From an uncultured Candidatus Entotheonella sp. (GTDB taxonomy: Bacteria > Tectomicrobia > Entotheonellia > Entotheonellales > Entotheonellaceae): a stretch of DNA of 64,000 bases. Of this stretch, positions 43,099-53,060 are shown one piece after another. The notes beneath the pieces were generated by a model that was not told the origin of the DNA, ran no database searches, and was given only the letters and a program-made list of their open reading frames with translations. A program made the position numbers and the translations under genes. Location of the stretch: NCBI GenBank assembly GCA_965215335.1, contig CBDCDA010000001.1, positions 1,472,001 to 1,536,000 on the forward strand, in the 5' to 3' direction. Position 1 is the stretch's first letter. The number at the start of each line of letters is the position of its first letter.

Positions 43099-44520
43099 AT
43101 GGACACTCACACCGCCATCGCGGCTCTGGAAGCCATCGTCGGCCCGCGGCACGTGCTCACGTCGCGCGCCGAGCGCGCCGTGTACGGCTACGACGCCTCG
43201 GTGTTTCGCGGCACCGAATTGCTGGCGGTGGTGCTGCCGACGACGGCCGAGGAGATCTCCCGCCTGGTCGTGTGGTGCCGGGACCACGGCGTGCCGTACG
43301 TGGCGCGCGGCACCGGCACCGGCATCAGCGGCGGCGCCATCCCTACCCACGGCGGCGTGGTCATCGAATTGGCGCTCATGAACCAGGTGCTGGAGATCGA
43401 CCTGGCCAACCGCCTGGCCGTCGTGCAGCCCGGCGTGGTCAACCAGGACCTCAAGCAGCGCGTTCACGAGCACGGTTACGCCTACACCTACGTGCCCGAC
43501 CCCGGCAGCCAGGTGGTCTCGACCATCGGCGGCAACGTGGCCACCAACGCTGGCGGCATGCACTGCCTGAAGTACGGCATCACCGGCAATCACATCCTCG
43601 GGCTGGAGATGGTGCTGCCCGACGGCGACATCGTGACAGTGGGCGGCAAGGCGGTGGATCAGCCGGGCGCCGACCTGACCGGGCTGCTGGTCGGCTCGGA
43701 AGGCACCCTCGGGGTCGTCACCAAGATCATCGTGCGCCTGTTGCAAATGCCCGAAGCGGTCACCACCCACCTGGCGCTGTTCAAAACCGTGGACGACGCG
43801 GCCAACACGGTCTCCGTCATCATCGGTTCCGGGCTGCTGCCGGCCGCCATGGAGCTGCTGGACAAGTCGATCATGCAGGCCGTGGACAAGGCCGTGCACG
43901 TCGGTTTCCCGGCACACGCCGGTGCGGCCCTGATTATCGAGCTGGACGGCTTCAGCGAGGACATGGCCCGCAACGCCGACCTGGTGGCGGAGATCTGCAA
44001 GACGCATGACGTCATTTCCTTTGAGACCGAGACGGGTATCGAGGCGGGCCAGCGGCTGTGGCTGTGCCGTCGGGCGGCGTTCGGTGCCATGGCGCGGCTC
44101 GATACGGACGTCTATATCGTTGACGGCTGCGTGCCGCGCACCCAATTGCCCGAGGCACTGCGGCGCGTGACGGCCATCGCCGAGCGCTACGACCTGCCGA
44201 TCGTCAACGTGGCGCACGCCGGTGACGGTAACCTGCACCCGTCGATTCCCTTCAACAAGCGCCGCGCCGGCGACACGGAGCGGGTGCTGGAGGCCGGGCG
44301 CGAAATCCTGGAGGCGTGCGTCGAGCTTGGCGGCAGCATCACCGGCGAGCACGGCGTCGGCATGGAGAAACAGAACGAAATGACCTTGATGTTCACCCCT
44401 GCCGAGTTGCAGGTCATGCGGCGCATCAAGTTCGCCCACGACCCCGACGACCTGTGCAATCCCAAGAAGATTTTCCCGCTGAGCCTCTTGCCAGCAAGCT
44501 TTGATGAGGCCGCCTCATGA
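43099..44520 (+). CDS. glcD: FAD-linked oxidase, glycolate oxidase GlcD-like
   Basis: RGTGTGISGG, PDPGS, GSEGTLG, HAGDGNLHP, GEHGVG. Confidence 0.88.
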   Translation: MDTHTAIAALEAIVGPRHVLTSRAERAVYGYDASVFRGTELLAVVLPTTAEEISRLVVWCRDHGVPYVARGTGTGISGGAIPTHGGVVIELALMNQVLEIDLANRLAVVQPGVVNQDLKQRVHEHGYAYTYVPDPGSQVVSTIGGNVATNAGGMHCLKYGITGNHILGLEMVLPDGDIVTVGGKAVDQPGADLTGLLVGSEGTLGVVTKIIVRLLQMPEAVTTHLALFKTVDDAANTVSVIIGSGLLPAAMELLDKSIMQAVDKAVHVGFPAHAGAALIIELDGFSEDMARNADLVAEICKTHDVISFETETGIEAGQRLWLCRRAAFGAMARLDTDVYIVDGCVPRTQLPEALRRVTAIAERYDLPIVNVAHAGDGNLHPSIPFNKRRAGDTERVLEAGREILEACVELGGSITGEHGVGMEKQNEMTLMFTPAELQVMRRIKFAHDPDDLCNPKKIFPLSLLPASFDEAAS

Positions 44521-45866
44521 CGTCCGCCCCGACGGCTTTGCACCATCGCTTGACGACCCTGCTCGGTACTGAGAACGCCTGGATGGACGCGACGATAACC
44601 GCCGGCCACGCGGTGGCGTCGCGGCGTCCGGCGGTCGTGGCGGCGCCTTGTACGGCCGAGCAGGTCGCCGCGGTCCTGGAGCTGGCGTCGCGCGAAAAGC
44701 TGGGCGTGGTGCCATGGGGTCGTGGCACGCAGATGCACCTGGGGCCGCGGCCTGCTGAATACGACGTGGCGCTGTCGCTGAAACATCTGACCCGCGTGCT
44801 GGCGTATGACAGCGCCAACCTGACGCTGACCGCCGAGGCCGGGTTGGCGCTGCGCGAGGTGTACCGGCTGACCATTCCGGGGCGTCAGTTTCTACCGCTG
44901 GGCTGTCCGGGCAGCGAAGCCAGCCTGGGCGGCCTGCTGGTGACCAATACCAGCGGCGTCAAGCGGCTGCGCTACGGCGGCATGCGGGACCTGCTGCTGG
45001 GCATCCGGGTAGCGCTGCCGGAGGGAGAATTGCTGCGCTACGGCGGGCGGGTGGTGAAAAACGTCGCCGGCTACGACCTGTGCAAACTGTACATAGGCTC
45101 GCTGGGCGCGTTCGGCGTGGTGACGGAAGCGACGTTTCGCCTGTCGATGCTGCCGGAGGATGAACGTCTGCTGGTTGTCGCGTTTCCGACGCTGGCGCAG
45201 GGCATGGCCGCCACAACCATGCTGCGCACCGCGGCGCTGTTGCCGTCCACCATCGCGTTGGTCTCGGCGGCAGGGTGGACGGATTCCCTGCCCGTGAGTC
45301 TGCACTCGGGGCAGGTGGCGTTGCTGGTGCACGTGGACGGGTCGCACGAATCGGTGCGGCGTCAGATCGTCGAGGGCGAGGCGATTTGCAACGCGCACGG
45401 GGCCACGGAAGCCGCCACGCTGAGCAGCGAGGCGCTGCTGACGATGTGGGAACGGCAGGAGGTGTGGCGGACGGCTTCCCCCGCTCCGGCGTTGCTGCAG
45501 GTGCGCGTCGGGGTGCCGCCGTCCGGTGTGGAAACGGCGCTCGCCCTGCTGGACGAGACGCCGGGGTTCTGCCGGGAGCCTGTCGGGTGGCTGGCGGACG
45601 CCGGTATCGGCTCGGTGACCGCCCGGTTGCCGATCAATGAGCAGGCGGATGACCTGACAGAACAGGTGCAGGCGTGGCTGGGCGGGATTCGAGCGCGGCT
45701 TGATGACCAGCAGGGGTTTGTCGTGGTGGAGTCGGTGCCGGAAGCCTTGATTGCCCAGCTCGACGTATGGGGCACGCCGCCGGGCACCGGACTTCTGAAG
45801 CGATACAAGAGCCGGTTCGATCCGCAGGGCCTTCTGAATCGCGGGCGCTACGTGGGCGGGCTGTGA
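44517..45866 (+). CDS. glcE: FAD-binding subunit, GlcE-like
   Basis: GGRVVKNVAGYDL, GSLGAFG, FDPQGLLNRGR; ATGA-coupled to glcD. Confidence 0.85.
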   Translation: MTSAPTALHHRLTTLLGTENAWMDATITAGHAVASRRPAVVAAPCTAEQVAAVLELASREKLGVVPWGRGTQMHLGPRPAEYDVALSLKHLTRVLAYDSANLTLTAEAGLALREVYRLTIPGRQFLPLGCPGSEASLGGLLVTNTSGVKRLRYGGMRDLLLGIRVALPEGELLRYGGRVVKNVAGYDLCKLYIGSLGAFGVVTEATFRLSMLPEDERLLVVAFPTLAQGMAATTMLRTAALLPSTIALVSAAGWTDSLPVSLHSGQVALLVHVDGSHESVRRQIVEGEAICNAHGATEAATLSSEALLTMWERQEVWRTASPAPALLQVRVGVPPSGVETALALLDETPGFCREPVGWLADAGIGSVTARLPINEQADDLTEQVQAWLGGIRARLDDQQGFVVVESVPEALIAQLDVWGTPPGTGLLKRYKSRFDPQGLLNRGRYVGGL

Positions 45867-45876
45867 GGGACGGTCG

Positions 45877-47034
45877 TCACCAGAGATGGGCGGACGCCAG
45901 CTTGGCGCCCTCGCTCAGGGTGCGGAGCTTGGCCCACACCACCAGGGGTGCGACGTTCTCCGAGCCGGCAAACGTTCCGAAGCCGCAATCGGTCGAGGCG
46001 ATCACCCGGCTGCGGCCCTTCGCCACCTCCACGGCCTGCACGATGCGGTTGGCCACCACTTCTGGATGCTCCACGTAATTGACCGTTGAATCAATGACGC
46101 CCGGCAGCAGCAGCATGCCGTCCGGCAGCGGATATTGCTTGAAGACGCGGCTTTCGTGCTGGTGCCGCGGATTGGCGAGCTCGATGGAAAGGGCGCCGAC
46201 GTGCGCCCCGTACAGCAGTGGCAGGATGTCTTCCAGGGCCACGTCGTGGATGTGTGGTCCGTCGTAGTTGCCCCAGCAGACGTGCAGGCGGATGCGCTCC
46301 GGCGGGATGTTGCGTATCGCCCGGTTGATGGCCTCGACGTGCATCTCGACCATCTCCTGGAAGCGCCGCAGGGACTCGTTCTGGAAATAGTATGTCCGCT
46401 CCATGGCCAGGTCGGGGCAGTCGATCTGCAGGATCAGCCCCTTGGCGTGAATCAACTCGTACTCCTTACGCATCTGCTCGGCCAAGGCGAAGACGTAGCG
46501 CTCGTGCGACTCGTAGTGGGCGTTCAGCAGCGTGGTGGCGATGATGCCGGGCGAGGCCGCGGTCATGAAGCGCTCGGTGAAGGGGCGCGGCGCCTGCTCG
46601 GTACTGTTCAGAAAGACGGCGCACTCGTTTTCGGCGGCGCTCAGGTCGGTGTATTGCACCTCGGCAAGCGCTCGCGGGGCGTTGAAGATCTTGGCGGCAC
46701 TGCGGCGGCGGGCCTTGATGATGGCGGCGTAGTCCGGGAAGTCCTGCCAATCTTGCGGCTGCGGCCGGGCGCTCTCGCCACCGAAGCCGTGCATGCGCTG
46801 CGCCACGTACGTCTGAAAGCCCACGCGCGGCTGCTCGCCGTCGTTGCCGATGTCGATACCCGCTTCCAGCTGCTGGCGCACCACCTCGTCAACCGCGGTT
46901 TCGATCTGCCGTTGCATGTCGCCCTTGTCGATGGCCTCGCCGCGTTCCTGCCTGATGAGCAGGTCGGCCAACGGCCTGGGCCGCGGCAGACTGCCGACAT
47001 GGGTCGTCAGAATCCGTTGTTCGCTGGTTTGCAT
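45877..47034 (-). CDS. Cobalamin-independent methionine synthase II family protein
   Basis: TTHVGSLPRP, LHVCWGNY, ASTDCGF (zinc ligands). Confidence 0.9.
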   Translation of the reverse strand: MQTSEQRILTTHVGSLPRPRPLADLLIRQERGEAIDKGDMQRQIETAVDEVVRQQLEAGIDIGNDGEQPRVGFQTYVAQRMHGFGGESARPQPQDWQDFPDYAAIIKARRRSAAKIFNAPRALAEVQYTDLSAAENECAVFLNSTEQAPRPFTERFMTAASPGIIATTLLNAHYESHERYVFALAEQMRKEYELIHAKGLILQIDCPDLAMERTYYFQNESLRRFQEMVEMHVEAINRAIRNIPPERIRLHVCWGNYDGPHIHDVALEDILPLLYGAHVGALSIELANPRHQHESRVFKQYPLPDGMLLLPGVIDSTVNYVEHPEVVANRIVQAVEVAKGRSRVIASTDCGFGTFAGSENVAPLVVWAKLRTLSEGAKLASAHLW

Positions 47035-47071
47035 GCTACCCTCTGGTTGTCAGGTGCGTTCCGTTCGCTGC

Positions 47072-47159
47072 GAACCCATCAGGTGTACAGATAACCGGGT
47101 CCTCGAAAGCCTTGCGGCAGAGTGCTTCAATGCGGCATGGCAATATGAGTACAATTCCA
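47072..47159 (-). pseudogene. C-terminal fragment of a PIN-domain toxin
   Basis: Minus strand reads WNCTHIA ... CRKAFEDPVICTPDGF, matching the TWNCxHIAN...PxICTP C-terminus of a PIN family; interrupted and shortened. Confidence 0.55.
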
Positions 47160-47210
47160 CTCGTCCTCCGTTTCGGGAGACGCGCTTGCTGAGCTTGCGC
47201 AGCTCCGAAA

Positions 47211-48659
47211 TCAGCGCTTCCAGAAGTCTGGCACGAACAGCACCAGCAAGGTAAAGATTTCCAGCCGTCCCAGCAACATGGCGACGCACATCGCCCACTT
47301 CGACACGGCGCCGATGTCGTCGTAGTGGTTTCCCACCGCCCAGAAACCGTGCCCCAGATTGTTCAGGCACGCCGCCACCGCGGCAAAGGCCGACAGCAGG
47401 TCGAGGCCGTCGACCGTCAGCACCAGCATCATCAGTGCAAAGCAGGCCGCGTAAATGGCGAAGAAACCCCACATCGCCTCGAGGACTTTGTCCGGCAGGG
47501 TCGTCTTGCCGATCCGAATGACGAAAATGCCGTTGGGGTGAATGAGCCGCTGGATTTCCCGCAGGGCGTGTTTGATCAGTAGGATGAGGCGAATGACCTT
47601 CACGCCGCCGGCCGTCGACCCCGTGCAGCCGCCGATGAAACTCGCGAACAGCAGAATCAGGAGCAATGCCGACGGCCATTGTTCGTAAGCGGTGGCGCTG
47701 AAGCCCGCGGTAATGCCGATAGATACCGCATGGAATGCCGCGTAATGCCAGGCCTCGACGACGTCATAGGCGTTGACGTAAACCAGGCCGACGAAGCTGT
47801 AGACGGCCACCACGCCGAGGATGATCAGGTAGACTTTCCATTCCGGATCTTCCGTGTATGCCGACCTGTGGCGGCTCTGCAGGGCCAGGTAGTGCAGCGA
47901 GAATTTCGTGCCCGAAATCAGCATGAAGACGACACAGATCAATTCGATGGTGGCGCTGTCGAAGTAGCCGATGCTGTCGTCGTGGGTCGAGAAGCCGCCG
48001 AGGGCGACGGTCGAGAAGCTGTGGCCGATGGCGTCGAACAGGCTCATGCCGGCCAGCCAGTAGGCGGCGGCGCAGGCGAGGGTCAGACCGAAATAGATGT
48101 ACCATAGAGTCTTGGCCGTTTCGGCGATGCGCGGCGTCAGCTTGGCGTCCTTGACCGGGCCGGGGATTTCGGCGCGGTACAGCAGCATGCCGCCGACGCC
48201 GAGCATGGGCAACACGGCCACCGCCAGCACGATGATACCCATGCCGCCCAGCCACTGCAGGAACTGGCGATAGAACAGCAGAGCGTGCGGCATGGCGTCG
48301 AGGCCGCTCAGCACCGTGGCGCCGGTGGTGGTGAGGCCGGAAAAGGACTCGAACATCGCGTTGGTAAACGAAATGCCCAACCCCGGCATGGCATGGAACG
48401 GCAAGGCACCGAAGAGACCAAGTACGATCCAGAACAGCACCACGGTCAGGAAGCCGTCGCGCACCCGCAATTCCTCTCGGTGCTGGCGGAACACCTGCCA
48501 CAGCACAACCCCGGTGATGAGCGTGATACAGAAGGAAAGGACGAACGACCCGGCGCCGCCGTCCTGGTAAATAAGGGCGACGACCACGGGCGGAAGCATC
48601 GTGAGGCTGAACAGGGCCAACAGGATGCCGACGACGCGGAAGATGGTTTTACCTTGCAT
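47211..48659 (-). CDS. trkH: TrkH potassium uptake permease
   Basis: FESFSGLTTTG, QWLGGMG, GGCTGSTAGGVK, LGRLE. Confidence 0.95.
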   Translation of the reverse strand: MQGKTIFRVVGILLALFSLTMLPPVVVALIYQDGGAGSFVLSFCITLITGVVLWQVFRQHREELRVRDGFLTVVLFWIVLGLFGALPFHAMPGLGISFTNAMFESFSGLTTTGATVLSGLDAMPHALLFYRQFLQWLGGMGIIVLAVAVLPMLGVGGMLLYRAEIPGPVKDAKLTPRIAETAKTLWYIYFGLTLACAAAYWLAGMSLFDAIGHSFSTVALGGFSTHDDSIGYFDSATIELICVVFMLISGTKFSLHYLALQSRHRSAYTEDPEWKVYLIILGVVAVYSFVGLVYVNAYDVVEAWHYAAFHAVSIGITAGFSATAYEQWPSALLLILLFASFIGGCTGSTAGGVKVIRLILLIKHALREIQRLIHPNGIFVIRIGKTTLPDKVLEAMWGFFAIYAACFALMMLVLTVDGLDLLSAFAAVAACLNNLGHGFWAVGNHYDDIGAVSKWAMCVAMLLGRLEIFTLLVLFVPDFWKR

Positions 48660-48676
48660 GCTCAGCACTCATAGGG

Positions 48677-48796
48677 GGCCCGCACACCTTGACCCTCCCC
48701 CCTCGGGGGGAAGGGAATTGCCCGCTCCCTGGCCCGCTTTCATGGGGGTACCGCTGCTTCCTCTCCTCTGGCGGGAGAGGGCTGGGGTGAAGGGGA
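48677..48796. repeat. Inverted pair of CCCTCTCCC/GGGAGAGGG-type REP-like palindromes in the trkH leader
   Basis: CCCTCCCCCTCGGGGGGAAGGG (+) and CCCCTTCACCCCAGCCCTCTCCCGCCAGAGGAGAGG (-). Confidence 0.6.
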
Positions 48797-48937
48797 TTGT
48801 AGTCACATGCCTTGCGGGGTCAAATGCAGCCTGCGCCGGCCGGCGGCTTGCACCCCACCCTGTAAACTACTATAAAAGTCGGCCAGTTTCGACCGTACCC
48901 TGCCGTCCGAACACCACCCGAATCAAAGGAGGCCGCC

Positions 48938-49996
48938 GTGCCAACGTTTGCTGCGTTGGACCTGCAACGTCTGACCGAAGAAGTCTTTCACGCCGTCGGA
49001 TTTCCGCGCCAGGAGGCCGCGACGATCGCCGAAATCATGGTGCAGGCCAACCTGGCGGGGCACGATTCGCACGGCGTCATTCACATCCCGGGCTACGTCG
49101 GGCGCATTCGTAGCGGTCACGTGCGGCCGGGGGCGGCGGTGGAAGTGGTGCACGAGACCTCGACGACGGCCGTGCTGGACGGCCATTTCACCATGGGGCA
49201 CGTAGCAGCCAGCAAGGCGATGCAGTTGGCCATCAGCAAGGCGCGGGTGCACGCCGTCGCGGCCGTCGGAGTGCACAATCTCAATCACATCGGCCGCATC
49301 GGCGCCTACCCGGCGATGGCCGCCGGGGCCGGCATGGGCGCCATCGTCACGGCATCGGCCGGCGGTGCCGGCAAGCTTGTCACGCCGTTCCTGGGCATGC
49401 AGCCCCGCTTGGCTACCAACCCCATCGCCGTGGCCTTCCCCAATCCGGCCGGCGCGCCGCTGTTACTCGACATGGCCACGTCGGCTGCGGCAGCCGGCAG
49501 AATTCGCCTGATGATGAACCGCGGTCATGAGACCGGAACGGGCTGGATCATCAACAAAGACGGCCTGCCGACCCGCGATCCGGCGGATTTCTATGCCGGC
49601 GGCATGGCCCTGCCCTTGGGCGGCGACCAGGGTCACAAGGGCTACGGTCTGGCGGTCATGGTGGAAGTGCTGTCCGGCATCCTGGCGCGCACCGGAACCG
49701 CGGCCAAGGAGCGCCAGGACCTCAACAACGGCACCTTCATGATCGTCATCGACATCACCGCCTTCCTGCCCCTGGAGCAGTTTCACGCCGAAATGGCCGA
49801 GCTGGTCGACTATCTGCACGACACGACACCGGCGCCCGGGCAGGAGCGCGTTATGGTGCCGGGCGAGTACGAGGCGCGCAACGAGGCCGCCCGTCGCCGC
49901 GACGGTATCCCGGTCGAGGACGAGACGTGGCGTCAGATTCGCGACACCGTGGAAGAGATCGGGATCGCCTCGGCCCTGCCCAGCCCACTGGCCTGA
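48938..49996 (+). CDS. LDH2/MDH2 family oxidoreductase
   Basis: GHDSHG, NHIGR, TNPIA, LDMATS, GHKGYGL. Confidence 0.92.
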   Translation: MPTFAALDLQRLTEEVFHAVGFPRQEAATIAEIMVQANLAGHDSHGVIHIPGYVGRIRSGHVRPGAAVEVVHETSTTAVLDGHFTMGHVAASKAMQLAISKARVHAVAAVGVHNLNHIGRIGAYPAMAAGAGMGAIVTASAGGAGKLVTPFLGMQPRLATNPIAVAFPNPAGAPLLLDMATSAAAAGRIRLMMNRGHETGTGWIINKDGLPTRDPADFYAGGMALPLGGDQGHKGYGLAVMVEVLSGILARTGTAAKERQDLNNGTFMIVIDITAFLPLEQFHAEMAELVDYLHDTTPAPGQERVMVPGEYEARNEAARRRDGIPVEDETWRQIRDTVEEIGIASALPSPLA

Positions 49997-50093
49997 TGGC
50001 CCGCGACCGTTTTTGCGTCGCGATGCGTTCGTATGCGAGAATACGCGGCACGCAGCGCGTGATCCGGTTTCAGCAAGCAATGGAGGGTGAATT

Positions 50094-50846
50094 ATGTCCG
50101 GTCATTCCAAATGGTCGACCATCAAGCACAAAAAGGCCATGGTGGATGCACGCCGTGGCAAGATGTTCACCAAGCTGATCCGCGAGCTGACGTCGGCCGC
50201 CCGCGCCGGTGGGGGCGATCCGGACGCCAACCCGCGGCTGCGCACCGCAGTGGCATCAGCCAAGGGTGCCAATATGCCGTCCGACACCATCCAGCGCGCC
50301 ATCCAGAAGGGGACCGGCGACATCGCTGGCGAGACGTACGAGGAAGTGACCTATGAGGGCTACGGCGCCGGCGGCGTGGCTGTTCTGGTCGATACGCTGA
50401 CCGACAACAAGAACCGCACGGTGGCTGAGATTCGCCACCTGTTTGCCAAGCACGGTGGCAGCATGGGCGAGAGCGGCTGCGTCGCGTGGATGTTCCAGCG
50501 GCACGGTTTTTTTGCGCTCGACGCCGGCAGTATTGACGATGATGCCCTTTTCGAACTCGTCCTGGAGGCCGGGGGAGACGATGTCAGGACGGAAAACGAC
50601 CTGTACGAAATCCTGACCCCGCCGGAGGCCTTCGAAGACGTGCGCAGTTCGCTTGAGTCACGGGGCCTCATGCCGGAGGTGGCGGAGGTCACCATGTTGC
50701 CGCAATCGACCGTGTCGGTCGAGGGCAAGCAGGCCGAGCAGGTCCTCCGCCTGATGGAAGCGCTGGACGACCAGGACGACGTGCGGCGCGCCTACGCCAA
50801 TTTCGATATTCCCGACGCCGTCATGGCCGCACTGGCGGCTTCGTAA
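50094..50846 (+). CDS. yebC: YebC/PmpR family protein
   Basis: MSGHSKWSTIKHKK, YEGYG, TDNKNRT. Confidence 0.97.
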   Translation: MSGHSKWSTIKHKKAMVDARRGKMFTKLIRELTSAARAGGGDPDANPRLRTAVASAKGANMPSDTIQRAIQKGTGDIAGETYEEVTYEGYGAGGVAVLVDTLTDNKNRTVAEIRHLFAKHGGSMGESGCVAWMFQRHGFFALDAGSIDDDALFELVLEAGGDDVRTENDLYEILTPPEAFEDVRSSLESRGLMPEVAEVTMLPQSTVSVEGKQAEQVLRLMEALDDQDDVRRAYANFDIPDAVMAALAAS

Positions 50847-50886
50847 TCCACGCCCTGCGAGTGAGCCGTGGGCGGCGGGGGACAGC

Positions 50887-51375
50887 GTGCGTGTGGTAGG
50901 CATTGATCCAGGATCGCTGGTGACCGGTTTCGGCGTCGTGGAGCACGGTGCTGCCGGCATGCAGGCCCTCACCTGGGGCGCTGTGCGCACCCCGGCTCGG
51001 CAGCCGTTGACGGTCCGTCTCAGATACATTTACGAGGGGTTGTCGGAGGTTATCCAGGTCTGGCAGCCCGAGGCCGCCGTGGTGGAAAAGGTCTTCTTCG
51101 CCGAGAACGCCAAGGCTGCCCTGACGCTTGGCCAGGCGCGCGGCGTGGCGCTGCTGACGGTTGCCAACGCCGCGGTTCCGCTGGTCGAGTATTCGGCCCT
51201 GGAGATCAAGCAGGCCGTCGTTGGCTACGGTCGCGCGGCCAAGGAGCAGGTTCAGCATATGGTTCGTGTGCTTCTGAACCTCCCGACGGCACCCCGCCCC
51301 GCTGACGCGGCCGACGCCCTGGCCGCCGCTATTTGCCACCTGCACATCCACGAATGGCGGAAACTGATGCCATGA
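50887..51375 (+). CDS. ruvC: Holliday junction resolvase
   Basis: GIDPG, LGQARG, GYGRAAKEQV, DAADALA. Confidence 0.96.
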   Translation: MRVVGIDPGSLVTGFGVVEHGAAGMQALTWGAVRTPARQPLTVRLRYIYEGLSEVIQVWQPEAAVVEKVFFAENAKAALTLGQARGVALLTVANAAVPLVEYSALEIKQAVVGYGRAAKEQVQHMVRVLLNLPTAPRPADAADALAAAICHLHIHEWRKLMP

Positions 51376-51977
51376 TCGTGCTTCTGCAAGGCCTCCTGAT
51401 GGACAAAACGGTCGAGCACGCGGTGGTCGACGTACGTGGCGTCGGCTACCAGGCGGATATTCCCTTGTCCACCTACTACATACTGCCGGGTTTGGGGGAG
51501 AGCGTGACGCTGCGCACCATCCTGTACGTGCGCGAAGACGCCATGCGGCTGTACGGCTTCGCCACCGAGGCAGAACGCAGCCTCTTCGAGATACTTATTG
51601 CGGTGTCGTCGATCGGTCCGCGCCTGGCCCTCAATATGCTGTCCAGCATTCCCGCGGGCGACCTGCGGGCGTGTATCGCCCAGGCGGAGGTGTCCAGGCT
51701 GCAAACCATTCCCGGCATCGGCCGCAAGACCGCCGAGCGCGTCGTCCTCGAATTGCAGGAAAAGATCGTCAAACTCGACGTGACGCCCGCCGGGCTGCCC
51801 CGCGAGGCAGTCCCGGCGGACGAGCAGGTGGTGGGCGACGTGGTGTCGGCCCTGCTCAATCTGGGATACAAGCGCAACGAGGCGCAGCGCGCCGTGCAGG
51901 CCGTGCGCCGGGAACGGGATGGGCGCCCAGTGCTGGAGACCCTTCTGAAGGATGCGCTGCAACGAATCAGTGGCTAG
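51372..51977 (+). CDS. ruvA: Holliday junction branch migration protein
   Basis: [33 protein letters not shown]. Confidence 0.96.
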   Translation: MIVLLQGLLMDKTVEHAVVDVRGVGYQADIPLSTYYILPGLGESVTLRTILYVREDAMRLYGFATEAERSLFEILIAVSSIGPRLALNMLSSIPAGDLRACIAQAEVSRLQTIPGIGRKTAERVVLELQEKIVKLDVTPAGLPREAVPADEQVVGDVVSALLNLGYKRNEAQRAVQAVRRERDGRPVLETLLKDALQRISG

Positions 51978-52014
51978 CGACCAGGGTCGGTCCACTGGTT
52001 TTTGGAGGCGTCGG

Positions 52015-53034
52015 GTGACAGATCGCATCGTGGATCGAACCCAGGATTCCGAGGAGAATCTCCTCGAAGTCAGCTTGCGTCCGCTGGCACTTGAAGACTA
52101 CGTCGGGCAGTCGCAGAGCAAGGAAAATCTCCGCATTCTGATCGAGGCCGCTCGGCAGCGCGCCGACGCGATTGACCATATTCTCTTTTGCGGACCGCCC
52201 GGCCTTGGCAAGACCACCCTGGCGCACATCATCGCCAACGAAATGCAGGTCAACGTCAAGACCACCTCGGGGCCGGTTCTGGAACGGCCCGGCGACTTGG
52301 CCGCCGTTCTCACCAATCTGCAGCAGGGCGATGTGTTCTTCATCGACGAGATCCACCGCTTGTCGCACGTCATCGAGGAAGTGCTGTATCCCGCCATGGA
52401 GGATTTTCAGCTCGACATCATCATCGGGCAGGGACCGAGCGCCCGGACGATCAAGCTGACCCTGCCACGCTTCACCCTTGTCGGCGCGACGACGCGGGCG
52501 GGGCTGCTGACCTCGCCGCTGCGCGACCGGTTTGGCGTGGTGATGCGGCTCGATTTTTATTCGCAGGAGGAGTTGCAGGAAATTCTGCGCCGCGCCGCCG
52601 ACCTGTTGCGGGTAGGCATCGACCAAGCGGGCACCGTCGAGATTGCCCGGCGTTCGCGCGGTACGCCTCGGGTGGCGAACCGGTTGCTCAAGCGGGTGCG
52701 TGATTACGCGCAGGTGCGGGCGAATGGCTTCATTACCTGTGAGGTGGCCGCCCAGGCCCTGAAGCTCCTGGACGTCGACGACCTGGGGCTGGACAAAATG
52801 GACCGGCAGCTTCTGGAAGCGATTATCGACAAGTTTGGCGGTGGCCCGGTAGGTCTGGAGACGCTTTCCGCCGTCCTCAACGAGGAGAAGGACACCATCG
52901 AGGACGTGTACGAGCCGTTCCTGATTCAGGGGGGCTATCTCAAACGCACCCCGCGTGGGCGTACTGCTACCCCCCTGGCGTATCGCCACTTGCGGCGCCA
53001 ACTTGTCACCGATGGCCAAGGCCGCCTGCTGTAA
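52015..53034 (+). CDS. ruvB: Holliday junction branch migration ATPase
   Basis: [33 protein letters not shown]. Confidence 0.97.
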   Translation: MTDRIVDRTQDSEENLLEVSLRPLALEDYVGQSQSKENLRILIEAARQRADAIDHILFCGPPGLGKTTLAHIIANEMQVNVKTTSGPVLERPGDLAAVLTNLQQGDVFFIDEIHRLSHVIEEVLYPAMEDFQLDIIIGQGPSARTIKLTLPRFTLVGATTRAGLLTSPLRDRFGVVMRLDFYSQEELQEILRRAADLLRVGIDQAGTVEIARRSRGTPRVANRLLKRVRDYAQVRANGFITCEVAAQALKLLDVDDLGLDKMDRQLLEAIIDKFGGGPVGLETLSAVLNEEKDTIEDVYEPFLIQGGYLKRTPRGRTATPLAYRHLRRQLVTDGQGRLL

Positions 53035-53060
53035 TACCCTGCCATGAGAAAGCGCTTGCC

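Noticed and set aside
48669..48800. Possible c-di-AMP (ydaO) riboswitch upstream of trkH
   Set aside because: Lacks the conserved GCTGAA/GGAACC/GTCAGCTAAC elements; better explained as REP-like palindromes
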